The notes: generated by a model from the letters alone, not told the origin. A stretch of DNA of 64,000 bases from Candidatus Culexmicrobium cathedralense (GCA_025061115.1 JANZKC010000003.1:160001-224000), one strand, 5' to 3'. Positions 19,704 through 30,916 are shown, counted from the first letter of the stretch. Translations and numbers: made by a program.

Positions 19704-20144
19704 TCATTTTAGCTTGATTAGCAAGTCAGGCTTATTAGTTACAATTCCATTAGCTCCATAAAGCTTTAGAGTTTCAGCAGTCTTTAAGTCATCCACTGTC
19801 CATGGAATTCTCATCAATTTTAGCTTTTTAGTAAATGCTATTGCCCTTTTTGATGCTAGCTTGCGGAAAGGAACTGCTTTTCCAGCCATCAAATTCAATA
19901 TCTCCCCTCAATAATTGTATTTTCTCTCTTCAAAACTTGCGTCGAGTTTTCTAAGCTCTTTTAATGTAAACTTACTAACTCCTCCCATGCCATTCGTAGT
20001 TCGATCAACTGTTTCATCATGAATAACTGTCACATAATCGTCTTTAGTAACTCTTACATCGATTTCAATTGCGTCTGCGCCCATTTCATATGCACTAGCA
20101 CCTCTATGTGCTACTATGAAAAACTTCTCCAAGAGAATCGGCAC
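19704..20144 (-). pseudogene. Glycerophosphodiester phosphodiesterase remnant
   Basis: AHRGASAY lacking the PENT segment, IEIDVRVTKD, IHDETVDRTT in one fragment; PWTVDD...GIVTNKPD in a second; internal deletions. Confidence 0.8.
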
Positions 20145-20213
20145 TTGCTGTCATTAAGAAAAATTTTCCTTCTAAATGTTCATAATTGTTTATTTGGTGC
20201 GTCTCATGAGCAA

Positions 20214-20786
20214 TTAATATTTGACAATTAATTCTTCTATTTGCGCATCATCTGGGCGTAAGCTCGCTACCGCCTTTCTAATCATATGTTTAACGTTTGA
20301 CACGTTGAAGTTGAACTTACTCATAACGTATAGGTATATTATGTGAGGAATATTTTCAACGTAAACTGTCTTAATTGCTGTAGGCTCCCATCCCGGTATT
20401 GGAATCATGTGAGCGACAATTCTAGTGCCAGGCTTAAGTTCTTCTTCAAATTTCCTTTTCAAAAGCTCATTTGCCTTCCTTAGCAAGTAGAGTGTAATTA
20501 CGGTTGCATTGCTTAAATCAACTTCAAATAGGTTTCCTAAAATCACTTTTGCTCGTTCAAACAATCCCTCTCTAATGATTCGCCTTTTAGCTATATTCAC
20601 TAATTTCTCCTGAATTTCTACTCCAATTGCTTTTGCTCCAAATTCCTTCGCAGCAGTGACTACTATTTCCCCATCACCTGCACCTAAGTCATATACGATA
20701 TCGTTAGGCTTAACCTTAGCTAGTTTAAGCATCTCCCGAGCTACTTCTCTCGGAGTTTTAAAGTATGGTGATACGAACATTGTCAT
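20214..20786 (-). CDS. Class I SAM-dependent methyltransferase (protein-lysine methyltransferase-like)
   Basis: PYFKTP, YDLGAGDG, GVEI, VITLYL, LKPGTRIVAH. Confidence 0.8.
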   Translation of the reverse strand: MTMFVSPYFKTPREVAREMLKLAKVKPNDIVYDLGAGDGEIVVTAAKEFGAKAIGVEIQEKLVNIAKRRIIREGLFERAKVILGNLFEVDLSNATVITLYLLRKANELLKRKFEEELKPGTRIVAHMIPIPGWEPTAIKTVYVENIPHIIYLYVMSKFNFNVSNVKHMIRKAVASLRPDDAQIEELIVKY

Positions 20787-20846
20787 TCACCTTCAGCTAA
20801 CCAATTTTAATATAAAAACTTAGTGAGCTCGGAGTTTCAGAGGTAT

Positions 20847-20918
20847 TTTGCATCAGAAACAAGAACCCATCATCATTCACATAGTGTGTCTGACGAAACC
20901 TCCATCATCATCTGCAAA
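20847..20918 (-). ncRNA. Box C/D guide sRNA, probably double guide for 16S rRNA
   Basis: Stem TTTGCA/TGCAAA; C ATGATGA, guide TGGAGGTTTCGT, D' CAGA, C' ATGATGA, guide TGGGTTCTTGTTT, D CTGA. Confidence 0.82.
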
Positions 20919-20961
20919 CTAACTTAATGACTTCCATGTTGAAATATTTTGCCTAAGCATT

Positions 20962-22923
20962 TCATTTTTTGATGCTTGCCAGTCGCATTGCATTTAATAT
21001 AACTGCGAATGAAACGCCCATGTCGCCGATTGCGACGGCAGTCCAAAGGTTAACTATTCCTAGTATTGCCAGAATAGCTAGTGCTGCTTTTACCCCAATT
21101 GAAATAATTACGTTTTGCTTAACTATATTCATTGTTCTATGGCTTAAATCAGTTAAATATGATATTTTCCTTAAATCTGGTCTCATTAAAACGATATCTC
21201 CGGTCTCAATTGCGACTTCTGCTCCTGAGCCTATTGCTATGCCCACGCAAGCGTTTGCTAGTGCTGGAGCATCATTTATTCCATCTCCAACCATAGCTAC
21301 ATGCTTATTGTGCACGGTCATTAAGTCCTTGACAACTTTGATTTTATCGTCAGGAGATAGGTTGGCTTTATAATCGTCAATATCCAATTTTTCAGCTATA
21401 GTTTTAGCCACTTTCTCATGATCTCCAGTTATCATTATTACTTTCAATCCTCTTCGTTTTAGGTCAGCTATAACATCTCTACTTTCTCCTCGAAGTTCAT
21501 CTTCAACTCCAATGACGCCTATTGACCCATCTTCGTTTCCAATTGCCACCGAAGTTATCCCTTGCTGTCTAAGTTGATTTACGATGCTGAATGGGAAATG
21601 CACATTAAATTCCTCAAATATTCTTTCATTGCCTATGAAGTAGGTTTTACCGTTAATTACTGCAACAGCGCCTTTTCCTGGTACAGCTTTAAAATCCTTA
21701 ACTTTCAATGCTTTAATTCCTCTTCTTTTCGCCTCTTCAATTATGGCTTTTGCTATTGGATGTTCGGAATGCTGATTTATTGAGTAGGCAATTTGTAGGA
21801 CTTTTCTTTCATCGCCATTTAATGGAATTATTTTTGAAATTTTTAATTCACCCTTCGTTAAAGTCCCAGTTTTGTCAAATGCGATCACGTTGACTTTCGT
21901 CATGTGCTCTAAATATTTACCTCCCTTAATCAGCACGCCGCTTCTGGCTGCGCTGGTTAAGCCTGATACAATTGCAACTGGAGTTGAAATTGCCAACGCG
22001 CATGGACAGGAAATTACTAATAGTGTTAATGACCTATATAGCCAGTAACGCCAAGTTCCGCCGAGAATGATTGACGGCACAGATGCAACTAATAATGCTG
22101 ATAAAATTATGGTTGGAGTATAATATTGGGAAAAGTTTTCTATAAAGCGCTCAACTTGGGACTTCTCTTTTCTCGCTTGCCCAATTAATTCAATAACTCT
22201 CGAGAAGAGGGTGTCTTTTGCCTCTTTCTCAACCTTAATTTTCAGTACTCCATCAATGTTTATGGTCCCTGCATATACTCTATCTCCAATAGTCTTTTCT
22301 ACTGGAATTGACTCTCCAGTTAATGGAGATTCATCAACATTTGATGATCCCTCAATTACAATTCCGTCCAATGGAATTTTCTCACCTGGCTTAACAAGTA
22401 CAATTTCCCCAATCTTCACGCTTTCAACATCTAGCTCAACTATAACTTCACCTCTAATAACCCTAGCCTTTACGGGTTTTTTCTCTAAAAGTAATTCGAC
22501 GCTTTTTCTAGCCTTATCCGCCGCATACCCTTCTAAGAAGTTGGCTATGCTAAATAAGAAAACTACTGCGCTCCCCTCGCCATACTCGCCTATAATAAAA
22601 GCTCCGATGGCAGCTAGCATCACGAGAAATTCTATGTAAAACTTCTTTTCATGTATTAATCCGTGAATTCCTTCGGCGAATATTTTTCTTCCGGATATTA
22701 TTAATGTTAGAGTGAAGCATATGATTGCATATAACTCTAATTTCAAAATGAAGATGAGTACTAATCCCAAGATCAGGGATGTTAGCGAAACTGCACTTTC
22801 AAGTACGAATTTTATGAAGTCAGTTTCATGCTCATTATCATCTGAGCTGTTTTGATTTTCTAAAGCGCAAGCTACGCATGTATTATTATTCCTAGCTTCA
22901 CTATTATGTGTGTGAGGCGCCAT
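20962..22923 (-). CDS. Heavy-metal P1B-type ATPase (CadA/ZntA-like)
   Basis: [36 protein letters not shown] in TM8 (IGDMG). Confidence 0.93.
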   Translation of the reverse strand: MAPHTHNSEARNNNTCVACALENQNSSDDNEHETDFIKFVLESAVSLTSLILGLVLIFILKLELYAIICFTLTLIISGRKIFAEGIHGLIHEKKFYIEFLVMLAAIGAFIIGEYGEGSAVVFLFSIANFLEGYAADKARKSVELLLEKKPVKARVIRGEVIVELDVESVKIGEIVLVKPGEKIPLDGIVIEGSSNVDESPLTGESIPVEKTIGDRVYAGTINIDGVLKIKVEKEAKDTLFSRVIELIGQARKEKSQVERFIENFSQYYTPTIILSALLVASVPSIILGGTWRYWLYRSLTLLVISCPCALAISTPVAIVSGLTSAARSGVLIKGGKYLEHMTKVNVIAFDKTGTLTKGELKISKIIPLNGDERKVLQIAYSINQHSEHPIAKAIIEEAKRRGIKALKVKDFKAVPGKGAVAVINGKTYFIGNERIFEEFNVHFPFSIVNQLRQQGITSVAIGNEDGSIGVIGVEDELRGESRDVIADLKRRGLKVIMITGDHEKVAKTIAEKLDIDDYKANLSPDDKIKVVKDLMTVHNKHVAMVGDGINDAPALANACVGIAIGSGAEVAIETGDIVLMRPDLRKISYLTDLSHRTMNIVKQNVIISIGVKAALAILAILGIVNLWTAVAIGDMGVSFAVILNAMRLASIKK

Positions 22924-22998
22924 TTAATACTCTCCTTTTTGTAGCTAATTTACTAAGTAAAGTATTTAAATGCAAAAGTTTCTTCTAGGATAGTAATT

Positions 22999-23015
22999 TC
23001 ACTAGTAGGTAGTGA
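22999..23015. promoter_or_regulatory. Inverted repeat, candidate HxlR-type operator
   Basis: TCACTA-GTAGG-TAGTGA immediately upstream of the HxlR-like gene, divergent from the P1B ATPase. Confidence 0.35.
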
Positions 23016-23020
23016 TCATA

Positions 23021-23384
23021 ATGGAGCGGGAAAACGTATGCTTCTGTCCCCTCTATGGTTTGCTTGATGTAATCGCTAAAGTGGTCTCTACTAATCATTG
23101 CTATTCTCGGCAATGAGGGAGCAAAGGGATTTAATGAACTTCACAGGGAACTTAAGGGGGTAAGCGCAAAAACGCTTTCCAAAACTTTGAAGGAACTTGA
23201 AAGACACGGGTTAATTGAGAGAAAAGTATTGAGTACTTCTCCGCCAAGAGTTGAGTATTCATTATCTAAAGATGGTTGGGAGTTAAGGTCACATCTAATT
23301 CCACTTTTAAAGTGGGTTTCTGAGAAAGGGGCAAGGGAAGCACCCTGGTGTCCAATAAAGTTAACTACAAAACATGAATTTTAA
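23021..23384 (+). pseudogene. HxlR-family transcriptional regulator, frameshifted
   Basis: MERENVCFCPLYGLLDVIAK, then a frame change at AAA 23078-23080 into KWSLLIIAILG...GFNELHRELKGVSAKTLSKTLKELERHGLIERKV...PPRVEYSL. Confidence 0.78.
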
Positions 23385-23435
23385 CCATTAACTAGCTACC
23401 AACTGTAAAAATGTTAAAAAGCATGTATAGCAAGT

Positions 23436-24227
23436 TTATCTTCCCATGTACCTTGGCTCTCTCTTCTCGAAGAAGGCTTTTATTCCTTCAGTCTTATCCT
23501 CAGTTGCGAAGCAGTTGCTGAAGGCTTCAACCTCATAAAGTATGCCTGCTTCAAAGCTTACTTCAAAGCTCTTATTTACTAACCTCTTAACTGCAGCTAA
23601 TGCTAATGGAGCATTTTTAACTATCTTTAAAGCTATTTCCTCCGCAGCTTTATCCAATTCATCAGGCTTTACGATTTTATTAATTATGCCAAGTTCCATC
23701 GCTTCTTCAGCACTTATCATGCTCCCCGTTAAAAGTAGCTCTTTAGCTTTCTTTTCTCCAATTATTTTGGGTATTCTCTGTGTTGCTCCCCATCCTGGAA
23801 TTATGCCTAAAGTTACTTCTGGACTTCCAAATTTAGCATTTTCAGATGCAATTATAATGTCGCATGCTAATGCTAATTCTAATCCGCCTCCAAGTGCATA
23901 GCCATTTACTGCTGCAATAAATGGTTTCGGGGAATTCATAATTGCGTTCATTACCTTGTGCCCAAGGAGAGCTGCCTCCTTGGCTTCATGTACGCCGTAC
24001 TCTGCGAACTCTTTAAGATCTGCTCCAACGCTAAACGCTTTTTCTCCACTTCCCCTAATAATTACTGCTCTAATGGAATTGCTTTTGCTTGCGTAATTTA
24101 CCGCGTCATACAGCTCTCTTAAAACTTCGGATTTCAAGACGTTTAGAGGTGGATTATTTATTATTATTTTAGCTATTTTCTTTTCAGCATCTTCCTCATA
24201 AATTATATGCATGAAATCCATTGTCAT
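23436..24227 (-). CDS. crt: Enoyl-CoA hydratase (crotonase)
   Basis: AFSVGADL, IAAVNGYALGGGLELALACD, PEVTLGIIPGWGATQR; start revised to MTMDF with GGTGA RBS. Confidence 0.9.
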   Translation of the reverse strand: MTMDFMHIIYEEDAEKKIAKIIINNPPLNVLKSEVLRELYDAVNYASKSNSIRAVIIRGSGEKAFSVGADLKEFAEYGVHEAKEAALLGHKVMNAIMNSPKPFIAAVNGYALGGGLELALACDIIIASENAKFGSPEVTLGIIPGWGATQRIPKIIGEKKAKELLLTGSMISAEEAMELGIINKIVKPDELDKAAEEIALKIVKNAPLALAAVKRLVNKSFEVSFEAGILYEVEAFSNCFATEDKTEGIKAFFEKREPRYMGR

Positions 24228-24231
24228 CACC

Positions 24232-25092
24232 TTAATACTTGTAGAATCCTTCACCAGTTTTTCTTCCTAGTAAACCAGCTCTAACCATTTTCCTAAGGAG
24301 GGGACATGGCCTATACTTGGGGTCTCCAAGCTCCTTATAAAGCGTCTCCATAATTGCCAACACTATGTCCAAGCCAATGAGATCGGCCAATTCAAGTGGG
24401 CCCATTGGATGATTTAAACCCAATTTGCATGCTGCATCTATGTCCTTAGGCTTTGCAACACCCTCCATAACTAAGTAGATTGCTTCGTTTATGAATGGTA
24501 TTAAAAGCCTATTAACAATGAATCCTGGAGCTTCCTTGACTGCTACAGGCTTCTTGCCAAGTTTTTCAGCTAATTTCATTGTCGTTTCAAATGTTTCGTC
24601 TGAAGTGCGTGCGCCCCTAATTACTTCAACTAGCTTCATTACTGGAGCTGGATTGAAAAAGTGCATTCCAATTACCCTATCTGGCCTTTTTGTAGCCATA
24701 GATATCTCAGTAATGCTCAAAGATGAAGTGTTGGAAGCTAATATTGCATGTTTAGGAGCATTCTCATCAATTTCTTTGAAAACGCTCTTCTTGACATCTA
24801 AATTTTCAAATACTGCTTCAATTACAAAGTCTGCTTCCTTGACTGCTTCTTTAACAATAGTAGTAGTTTTTATTCTATTCAAGATTTTTTCAGCATCCTC
24901 TCTTGAAAGCTTACCTTTATCTACTGCCCTATTAACGAATTTTTTGATTGTAGCCATGGCGCTTTGAAGAATTTCATCCTTGATATCACATAAATACACC
25001 TCAAAGCCGGACTGCGCAACTACCTGTGCTATTCCTCTACCCATTACTCCCGCACCAATAACTGCAATCTTTCTGATATTCTCAACTTTCAA
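24232..25092 (-). CDS. hbd: 3-hydroxybutyryl-CoA / 3-hydroxyacyl-CoA dehydrogenase
   Basis: [60 protein letters not shown]. Confidence 0.93.
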   Translation of the reverse strand: MKVENIRKIAVIGAGVMGRGIAQVVAQSGFEVYLCDIKDEILQSAMATIKKFVNRAVDKGKLSREDAEKILNRIKTTTIVKEAVKEADFVIEAVFENLDVKKSVFKEIDENAPKHAILASNTSSLSITEISMATKRPDRVIGMHFFNPAPVMKLVEVIRGARTSDETFETTMKLAEKLGKKPVAVKEAPGFIVNRLLIPFINEAIYLVMEGVAKPKDIDAACKLGLNHPMGPLELADLIGLDIVLAIMETLYKELGDPKYRPCPLLRKMVRAGLLGRKTGEGFYKY

Positions 25093-25188
25093 ACATATCT
25101 CCTCCGCACAAAAATTACTCAATAAAACTTAAAGCTTTATTGAAGTGAGTCTTACCATTTGATGAGTATGGAAGTTAGATTCATGTGG

Positions 25189-25244
25189 AGGATGATGGGT
25201 TTTCCCTGCATTATACATGATGGCGCGATGCCATTTTACGCTGA
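25189..25244 (+). ncRNA. Possible degenerate box C/D sRNA
   Basis: AGGATGA - TGGGTTTTCC - CTGC ... ATGATGG - CGCGATGCCATTTTACG - CTGA; three boxes degenerate, no clear terminal stem. Confidence 0.3.
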
Positions 25245-25579
25245 AAAGTTCGAAACGTAGAAAAGCATGATGATCTTGAAAATATTATTTTGAATACTTT
25301 ATAAATATTTTAATTCAAATAAACTAATTTTAGATGACTTTATTAATAAAATTTTATCGTCAATTAACGTATTTATTAATCGTTTTAAGGCTCTATTGAG
25401 ATTTAACCTCAAAATGTTTTTACATTTTTGTTTTAAAGATGTGATGTTTTATTTACCACGTCACCTAAGAATTAGTTGAATTGATTGTTCAATTGTTTTA
25501 CATTTATGATTAATACGCACGTATTTTAGTCGGTTAATCTATTTTTCGTCAATAATCTATTTAATCAATTATTATAATT

Positions 25580-26824
25580 TTATTGACCTCCCTCATATAT
25601 TCTGAAATATTCTTCCTTCTTTAGAGTTTCGGGAGTCATATATATTAATGGTAGTCGGATGAATAAATCTATTAATAGTGCTAGGATGAATGGTGCTTCT
25701 GGGCTAAGGTAAGTCCAAATATACCCTCCTATTGTTGCGCTGGGGATTCTTACTAAACCTGAAATAAAGCCCTTAATTCCTGACCATCTGCCTCTTTCTT
25801 CTTCGGGAACTAATTCCATTGCTATTGTCTGCCAGAGAGGTGTGGAGGAGAAAAATACTCCTCGAAGTGCCCATGAGATTATTAGGAACCATGGATTTGG
25901 CGCTAGGATGAATATTAACTGTGAGAGATAAAATGTTGGCCTAAATGCTACCAGTAGTTTAACTCTCCCAATTTTGTCTGCTAGTCTGCCTATGGGTATT
26001 GAGCACAGCAATGAGATTGCGTTTAGCGTTGAGCTCATCAAACCTAGAATCCATGGTGTTGCGCCTTTATATTCTACTGCATATATCATAACGTATGGCA
26101 TTGTTATGCCCCATACGTATCCTCCCAATGCTTCAATGAGAATCCATCTTTGAAGCCACTTTCTTCCCTTTAATATCTTTACCATTCCTTTGAAATCATC
26201 CCTTAAATTGAACTTCTTACCAGATCCCTTAATGTCCTTAAGAAAAACCATTGGAATTGGCGCTAAAGCTGCTAATCCCAGAAACTGTACAATGAAAAGT
26301 GGCTTTATACCTTCAGTAGAAATTCCACCAAACGTTTCCACTATAAATGCCGCTATCATTGGTGCTATTAGGCTTGATATGGTTGATATGGTTGAAGAAA
26401 TGCCGAATCCGGTTGCTCTAGTAGTTCTTCTAAGTGAATTTGCTAGGTAGACCACTTCAACCACATTCACAATATTCATTGTTAAAACTGAGAAAATTGA
26501 TGCAAGAATTAAGAGCTTCCAATCCCATGCGAAAATGTAGAAGAGAGGTGTAATAACTTCTATTAGCATAGCTGTCATCAGTGATCTCTTTAAGCTTTTA
26601 ACATCAGCGAAGAAGCCCACGAACGGCGATACAATTGCTGAGACTGCATCTCCAAGGCTTCTCAAATAGCCAATGCCTATTTCTTGCATTCCCAGTGATT
26701 TCATGTAAAGTGAAGTGTAGGACATGGGTAAGCTGTTAAATAGTGAAGCATATCCTCTTCTGAAGAGTAAAACGAGGTAGTTTTTACTCTGTCTACTGAA
26801 GAATTCCTTAATTTTCGGTAGCAT
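25580..26824 (-). CDS. MFS transporter
   Basis: About 12 TM helices; GRLADKIGRVK; MELVPEEERGR. Confidence 0.88.
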   Translation of the reverse strand: MLPKIKEFFSRQSKNYLVLLFRRGYASLFNSLPMSYTSLYMKSLGMQEIGIGYLRSLGDAVSAIVSPFVGFFADVKSLKRSLMTAMLIEVITPLFYIFAWDWKLLILASIFSVLTMNIVNVVEVVYLANSLRRTTRATGFGISSTISTISSLIAPMIAAFIVETFGGISTEGIKPLFIVQFLGLAALAPIPMVFLKDIKGSGKKFNLRDDFKGMVKILKGRKWLQRWILIEALGGYVWGITMPYVMIYAVEYKGATPWILGLMSSTLNAISLLCSIPIGRLADKIGRVKLLVAFRPTFYLSQLIFILAPNPWFLIISWALRGVFFSSTPLWQTIAMELVPEEERGRWSGIKGFISGLVRIPSATIGGYIWTYLSPEAPFILALLIDLFIRLPLIYMTPETLKKEEYFRIYEGGQ

Positions 26825-26943
26825 TTACAGTGACCTTCCCATTCAACTTTTCTCTTGATCTGGATTATAGAGGGTAAGCTGAACATTGATTTAAGATTTT
26901 TGATTAAAAATGAATTTAAATGCAGCTAATAGGATACTTGCCT

Positions 26944-27273
26944 TCACCTCACTCTTGTTCCAGGAGGAACTTCGCTTTCGATCGTAAGCCATACTGGTCT
27001 GCCTTGATAGTCAGCAGCTAAAAGCATTCCTTCAGACTTAATTCCAGCAATGACTTTCGGCTTTAAATTTGCCACCACCACGAAAAGCTTACCTTCAAAG
27101 TACTCTGGAGAATATATCTCAGCTCCGCCGGCAATTATGGTTCTAGGCTTCTCTTCTCCAACATCAACAGTCAACTTTAAAATGCGCTTTCTACCAGGGA
27201 TTTTCTCAGCCTTCAAAACTCTTCCAATTCTAATATCGATCTTCATGAAATCGTCAAATGATATATAGCTCAT
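26944..27273 (-). CDS. tRNA-binding OB-fold protein (Trbp111/CsaA/MetRS C-terminal domain)
   Basis: ISFDDFMKIDIRIGRV, VANLKPKVIAGIKSEGMLLAA, PPGTRVR. Confidence 0.9.
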   Translation of the reverse strand: MSYISFDDFMKIDIRIGRVLKAEKIPGRKRILKLTVDVGEEKPRTIIAGGAEIYSPEYFEGKLFVVVANLKPKVIAGIKSEGMLLAADYQGRPVWLTIESEVPPGTRVR

Positions 27274-27403
27274 ATCAGACCTCCCCTCTCAGCTTCATTG
27301 TATCAATCTAAACTTAAAGTTTATCATATCCAAAACTTTCAGCAACCTAATTTAATTTAAATGCTAACCTTTATATGGTACTTGACAATAATTAGCTGTC
27401 AAG

Positions 27404-27979
27404 ATGAGCAGCGATAATACATTACTCATGCGCCTAATAAGGAAGATAGCAAACCTAAAGGTCAGCGGACTTGCCCTCAGCAAGCTTGAACAACTTGCTT
27501 CAAAGATTGGAGTAAATGAGAAAGAAATACTTAAGCTATATGTTGAAGTTAAAAATAAGATCAATCGAGCAAAATTCTCCATCACTTCTTTCAGCGAAAG
27601 AATAATTCTTCTACCTCAATGTCTTCGCCCAAAAAATTGCCCGGCAAAGCTTGGCGAATACGGATATGAATGCGTCGAAAATTGTAATTTATGTGAAATA
27701 AATCGGGTAATTAGTTATGCAAAGAAGCTGGGTTACAAATATATCTTCATATTGCCAGGCGGAAGTATAATTGAGAGGATTTTTAGAGAATTAAAGCCTA
27801 AAGCCTGCCTAGGTATTGCTTGTCTCAAAGAGCTGGTGCTTGGCAGTTTTATCTGTGAAAAATTTAATGTTGCTTCTCAAGGAGTTCCATTAATTAAAGA
27901 TGGCTGCGTGAATACCGAAGTTAGGTGGAGCGATGTCTATAAAGCCATAGCTTTAAGTGCGGGAAGTACATCTAAATAA
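27404..27979 (+). CDS. DUF116 family protein (Cys-rich)
   Basis: LLPQCLRPKNCPA, CVENCNLC, PGGS, GIACLKEL, KDGCVNTEV. Confidence 0.8.
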   Translation: MSSDNTLLMRLIRKIANLKVSGLALSKLEQLASKIGVNEKEILKLYVEVKNKINRAKFSITSFSERIILLPQCLRPKNCPAKLGEYGYECVENCNLCEINRVISYAKKLGYKYIFILPGGSIIERIFRELKPKACLGIACLKELVLGSFICEKFNVASQGVPLIKDGCVNTEVRWSDVYKAIALSAGSTSK

Positions 27980-28011
27980 ATTACTTTGCAAGTTTAGCAA
28001 ATGTAGTATTA

Positions 28012-28299
28012 TCACTTAAATCTGAAGCCTTTCTTTGACTTCATTTGCACTGAGGCCCTCAACCAGTAGCATTTTCTCTCTCTACTCTTAGAACCTGAAA
28101 TTAAAGTTACTCTTGCCTTAAGCTTCTTCTTTAAAAGCTTTAGTAGCTCTTTATTCGCTTTTCCCCTAATTGGAGGTGACTCGAGATTTATTATAATAAA
28201 ACCGTTCTCAACGCCAATGATGCCCTGCTTTCTCGAATTAGGCTTAACTTTGACATGAATTATTACGCCTTTCCTACTTTCAGAAATACATGGTTTCAA
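28012..28299 (-). CDS. DUF167/YggU family protein, C-terminus probably frameshifted
   Basis: VKVKPNS, PPIRGKANKEL, GSKSR; removing one GA unit from the repeat at about 28075-28083 restores the typical SREKMLLVEGL tail. Confidence 0.8.
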   Translation of the reverse strand: MKPCISESRKGVIIHVKVKPNSRKQGIIGVENGFIIINLESPPIRGKANKELLKLLKKKLKARVTLISGSKSRERKCYWLRASVQMKSKKGFRFK

Positions 28300-28365
28300 A
28301 TTTTCACCTCGAAGCTCTCATTTTAATCATTTTACTTTGAATTTTAGCTGGCACCAATAATGCTT

Positions 28366-29409
28366 TTAGCTTGCTCTCAATTTGATTTCATAATCCCTAA
28401 ATAACTTGCTTAATTCGGAGACTTTATAATTTTCATTTATGATCATCTTAGCCTCTTCAATTAATTGTATTCTTTGCTCCTTGTTCAATCTTTTAAAGTA
28501 GTTTCTCCCTTCAATAAATCCTCTAAGAACTTTATGAACAAGTTCAATGCAATTAAATGTCCACGCAATATATGTATAGTTTGCCAACCTGTAAAGGGGC
28601 TTCTTAATTACATCAGCTCTATCAGCGCAATCATCAATTGATACGTTTAAAATCATGTTTACCAGCTCTTCTCTAGAGCCAAAATAGCTTGATTTATGTA
28701 TAATGCCTGACCAGAAGGGCCTTTCTGCTTGTAAGTGAAGATTTGCAACTTCCGCTTGTGGAACGAAGTAAACTTTAACATTATCCCTACTTAATAGAAA
28801 GGCTAAGTATGTTTCTATGCCATAATTGCCTACTAAGCGTATTTCCTCAAGATTATATTTAGAGGCTATTTCAAGTGGCATTACTCTATTGCTAGCTAAA
28901 TTAAATATTTCAAATGGAGATGAGTAGTTTTCTGGGATCGCATCGAAGTTCGATGTTATTCCATACTTGTGAATTTGACCGATCCTGTTTTTTGGTTCAT
29001 TTCTTGGTTTCGTCGTTCTTTCGAAGACTGGCAATTGGAGAACGCAGTTATTTAATTTTTTAATTATCTTTTCAAGGCGGGATATTTTGGTTTTGGCAGC
29101 AATTTCATCATCACCTTGAATTAGCACATAATCTACATCATTGGTGCGCGTTAGATAATTTATACCTCCCCAAGTTGGATTATCACCATAGTATGTCACT
29201 GTATTTACATTCACTTCATTATAATTGTTAAACTTATTAGCTATCTTCCTTATTTTTGCAGGGTCTTTACATTTTTTACCATCAATAACAATTAAAATTT
29301 CCAAATTGCACGCATAATCATCTTGATTCAAGTAGGATTGCAAAGTATAGCTAATAGATTTTTCTCGATAGCATCCACCCTTAGTTGGCATTATAATTGC
29401 AAGCTTCAT
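28366..29409 (-). CDS. Glycosyltransferase family 2-like protein
   Basis: IIMPT, ILIVIDG, YVLIQGDDE (DxD-like), YGIET. Confidence 0.6.
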   Translation of the reverse strand: MKLAIIMPTKGGCYREKSISYTLQSYLNQDDYACNLEILIVIDGKKCKDPAKIRKIANKFNNYNEVNVNTVTYYGDNPTWGGINYLTRTNDVDYVLIQGDDEIAAKTKISRLEKIIKKLNNCVLQLPVFERTTKPRNEPKNRIGQIHKYGITSNFDAIPENYSSPFEIFNLASNRVMPLEIASKYNLEEIRLVGNYGIETYLAFLLSRDNVKVYFVPQAEVANLHLQAERPFWSGIIHKSSYFGSREELVNMILNVSIDDCADRADVIKKPLYRLANYTYIAWTFNCIELVHKVLRGFIEGRNYFKRLNKEQRIQLIEEAKMIINENYKVSELSKLFRDYEIKLRAS

Positions 29410-29657
29410 AACATCCCCAACAAAACTTGATCCAAAGTAAATTCTCCAGCTAAAATCGTAATATTATGGGGGACTTTATATTAAAATACCTTTAGCTTAC
29501 ATTTTAATGAATAATCTCCTTCAATCTTAACCTTTAACATTGGATTTTCAACTTCTACAAAAATTATTTCATAGGAGTATGAAATCCGAAAAATATTAAT
29601 TCAATTATTTATAAAATAAAATTTATAAGTTCAAAATTTAATATTATTGATGATGAG

Positions 29658-29885
29658 GTGGAAGTACTGGAAGATAGATCTTGCAATAATATTTTTCTAT
29701 TATTGACCATTGTTGATTTTGGCATGGCATTTGCTTGGGCTAGAATGTCCTTTCCCTCCCAATTAATTTGCATACTATTTCCATTCTTCTTTCCAGGATC
29801 ATTTGTATGGGCAATAGCGCTGTTCATATACAGGATACATCTTATGGAAAAGGAGCGGCAAATGACTAATTTAATTGAGAATTAA
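29658..29885 (+). CDS. Small hydrophobic hypothetical protein (possibly a fragment)
   Basis: Two hydrophobic segments; no motif recognised. Confidence 0.3.
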   Translation: MEVLEDRSCNNIFLLLTIVDFGMAFAWARMSFPSQLICILFPFFFPGSFVWAIALFIYRIHLMEKERQMTNLIEN

Positions 29886-30039
29886 AATCATTTTACAATC
29901 TTAAATTACATATTATATAATTTTCTCAAGTTATTTAATGAATCTCAATAACTTAATGATTATTTGTAATATTAATTAAAGACAAAGCTCATTTAAATCA
30001 CCTAAATCCATGTGGCAATTTTACATAATTAATGTCATT

Positions 30040-30378
30040 TTTCAAATGGAAAGATGATAATTGATTTAGCAGCGATTTCATCGTCACCCTGGATTAATAG
30101 GTAATCAGCATCTCTTTTTTGAGATGAAATATTCCTCCCCAAGTTGGATTGTACCCACAATACGTTATCGTATTTACCTCTAAGCTACTTTGAACATTAA
30201 ATTTGTCAGCTATGTGTTCAATTCGCTTTATATCCTTACAGTTTCTGCCGTCAATGGCTATGAGAATTTCCAGCACAAAGTGATGTTTATATTGGTTTAC
30301 ACATGATTGTAAAACGTAGTTTAGCGATAGCTCCCTACAGTATCCTCCCTTTGTGGGCATTACAACTTCCAGTTTCAT
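30040..30378 (-). pseudogene. Truncated paralog of the GT2-like gene at 28366-29409
   Basis: MKLEVVMPTKGGYCRELS...NPTWGGI closely matches the paralog; after a shift at an A6 run it continues DADYLLIQGDDEIAAK, then decays. Confidence 0.75.
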
Positions 30379-30379
30379 A

Positions 30380-30880
30380 AGAGGCTCATGATTTTTGTGT
30401 AAAAGTTTACATTCTTTTAGGCGACGAGCTCCATTCAGAGCTCTAGTTGCAAAGGCGATGCAAGTTAATTCTCCGCATTCACCGCAATTTTTCTTAGGAA
30501 GATAATTATACGGCTTTGGAGCTGAAAGTTTAACTCTTACGTCTTAATTCTTTATCACTAGGCAGTTGATTGGGCGTTCTTTTCCTAACTTCACTTATTA
30601 ATTCACGCAATAGTCTTAAGACTAATTCAGCTTCATCTGAATCTTTAGCACAAAAACAACTTCACCTGAACCATAAATTTCAATAATTCTGCCAAGAAAT
30701 TTCAATGTCAGGCGATTCTAGGCAGGTAAATATTTTACGTTTAGTGGTGGAAGCATCATAGCTAGAGCTTTAACTTCCTCCTTCAAACCTTTAGGGTCTA
30801 TTGCCTCAATCTCGCATCTATCAAGACGTTTAATGCATCCTCCTTTAACAATCTTTATTATGAATTCATCAGTAACATGG
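30380..30880 (-). pseudogene. Decayed (Fe-S)-binding protein (C-terminal CxxCxxxxC...C domain)
   Basis: Reads YNYLPKKNCGECGELTCIAFATRALNGARRLKECKLL near 30400-30510; the upstream part is broken by TAG at 30718 and by frameshifts; boundaries approximate. Confidence 0.6.
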
Positions 30881-30916
30881 ATTTCAAGTATCTGTGTTGA
30901 ATATTGAGAATTTTTA

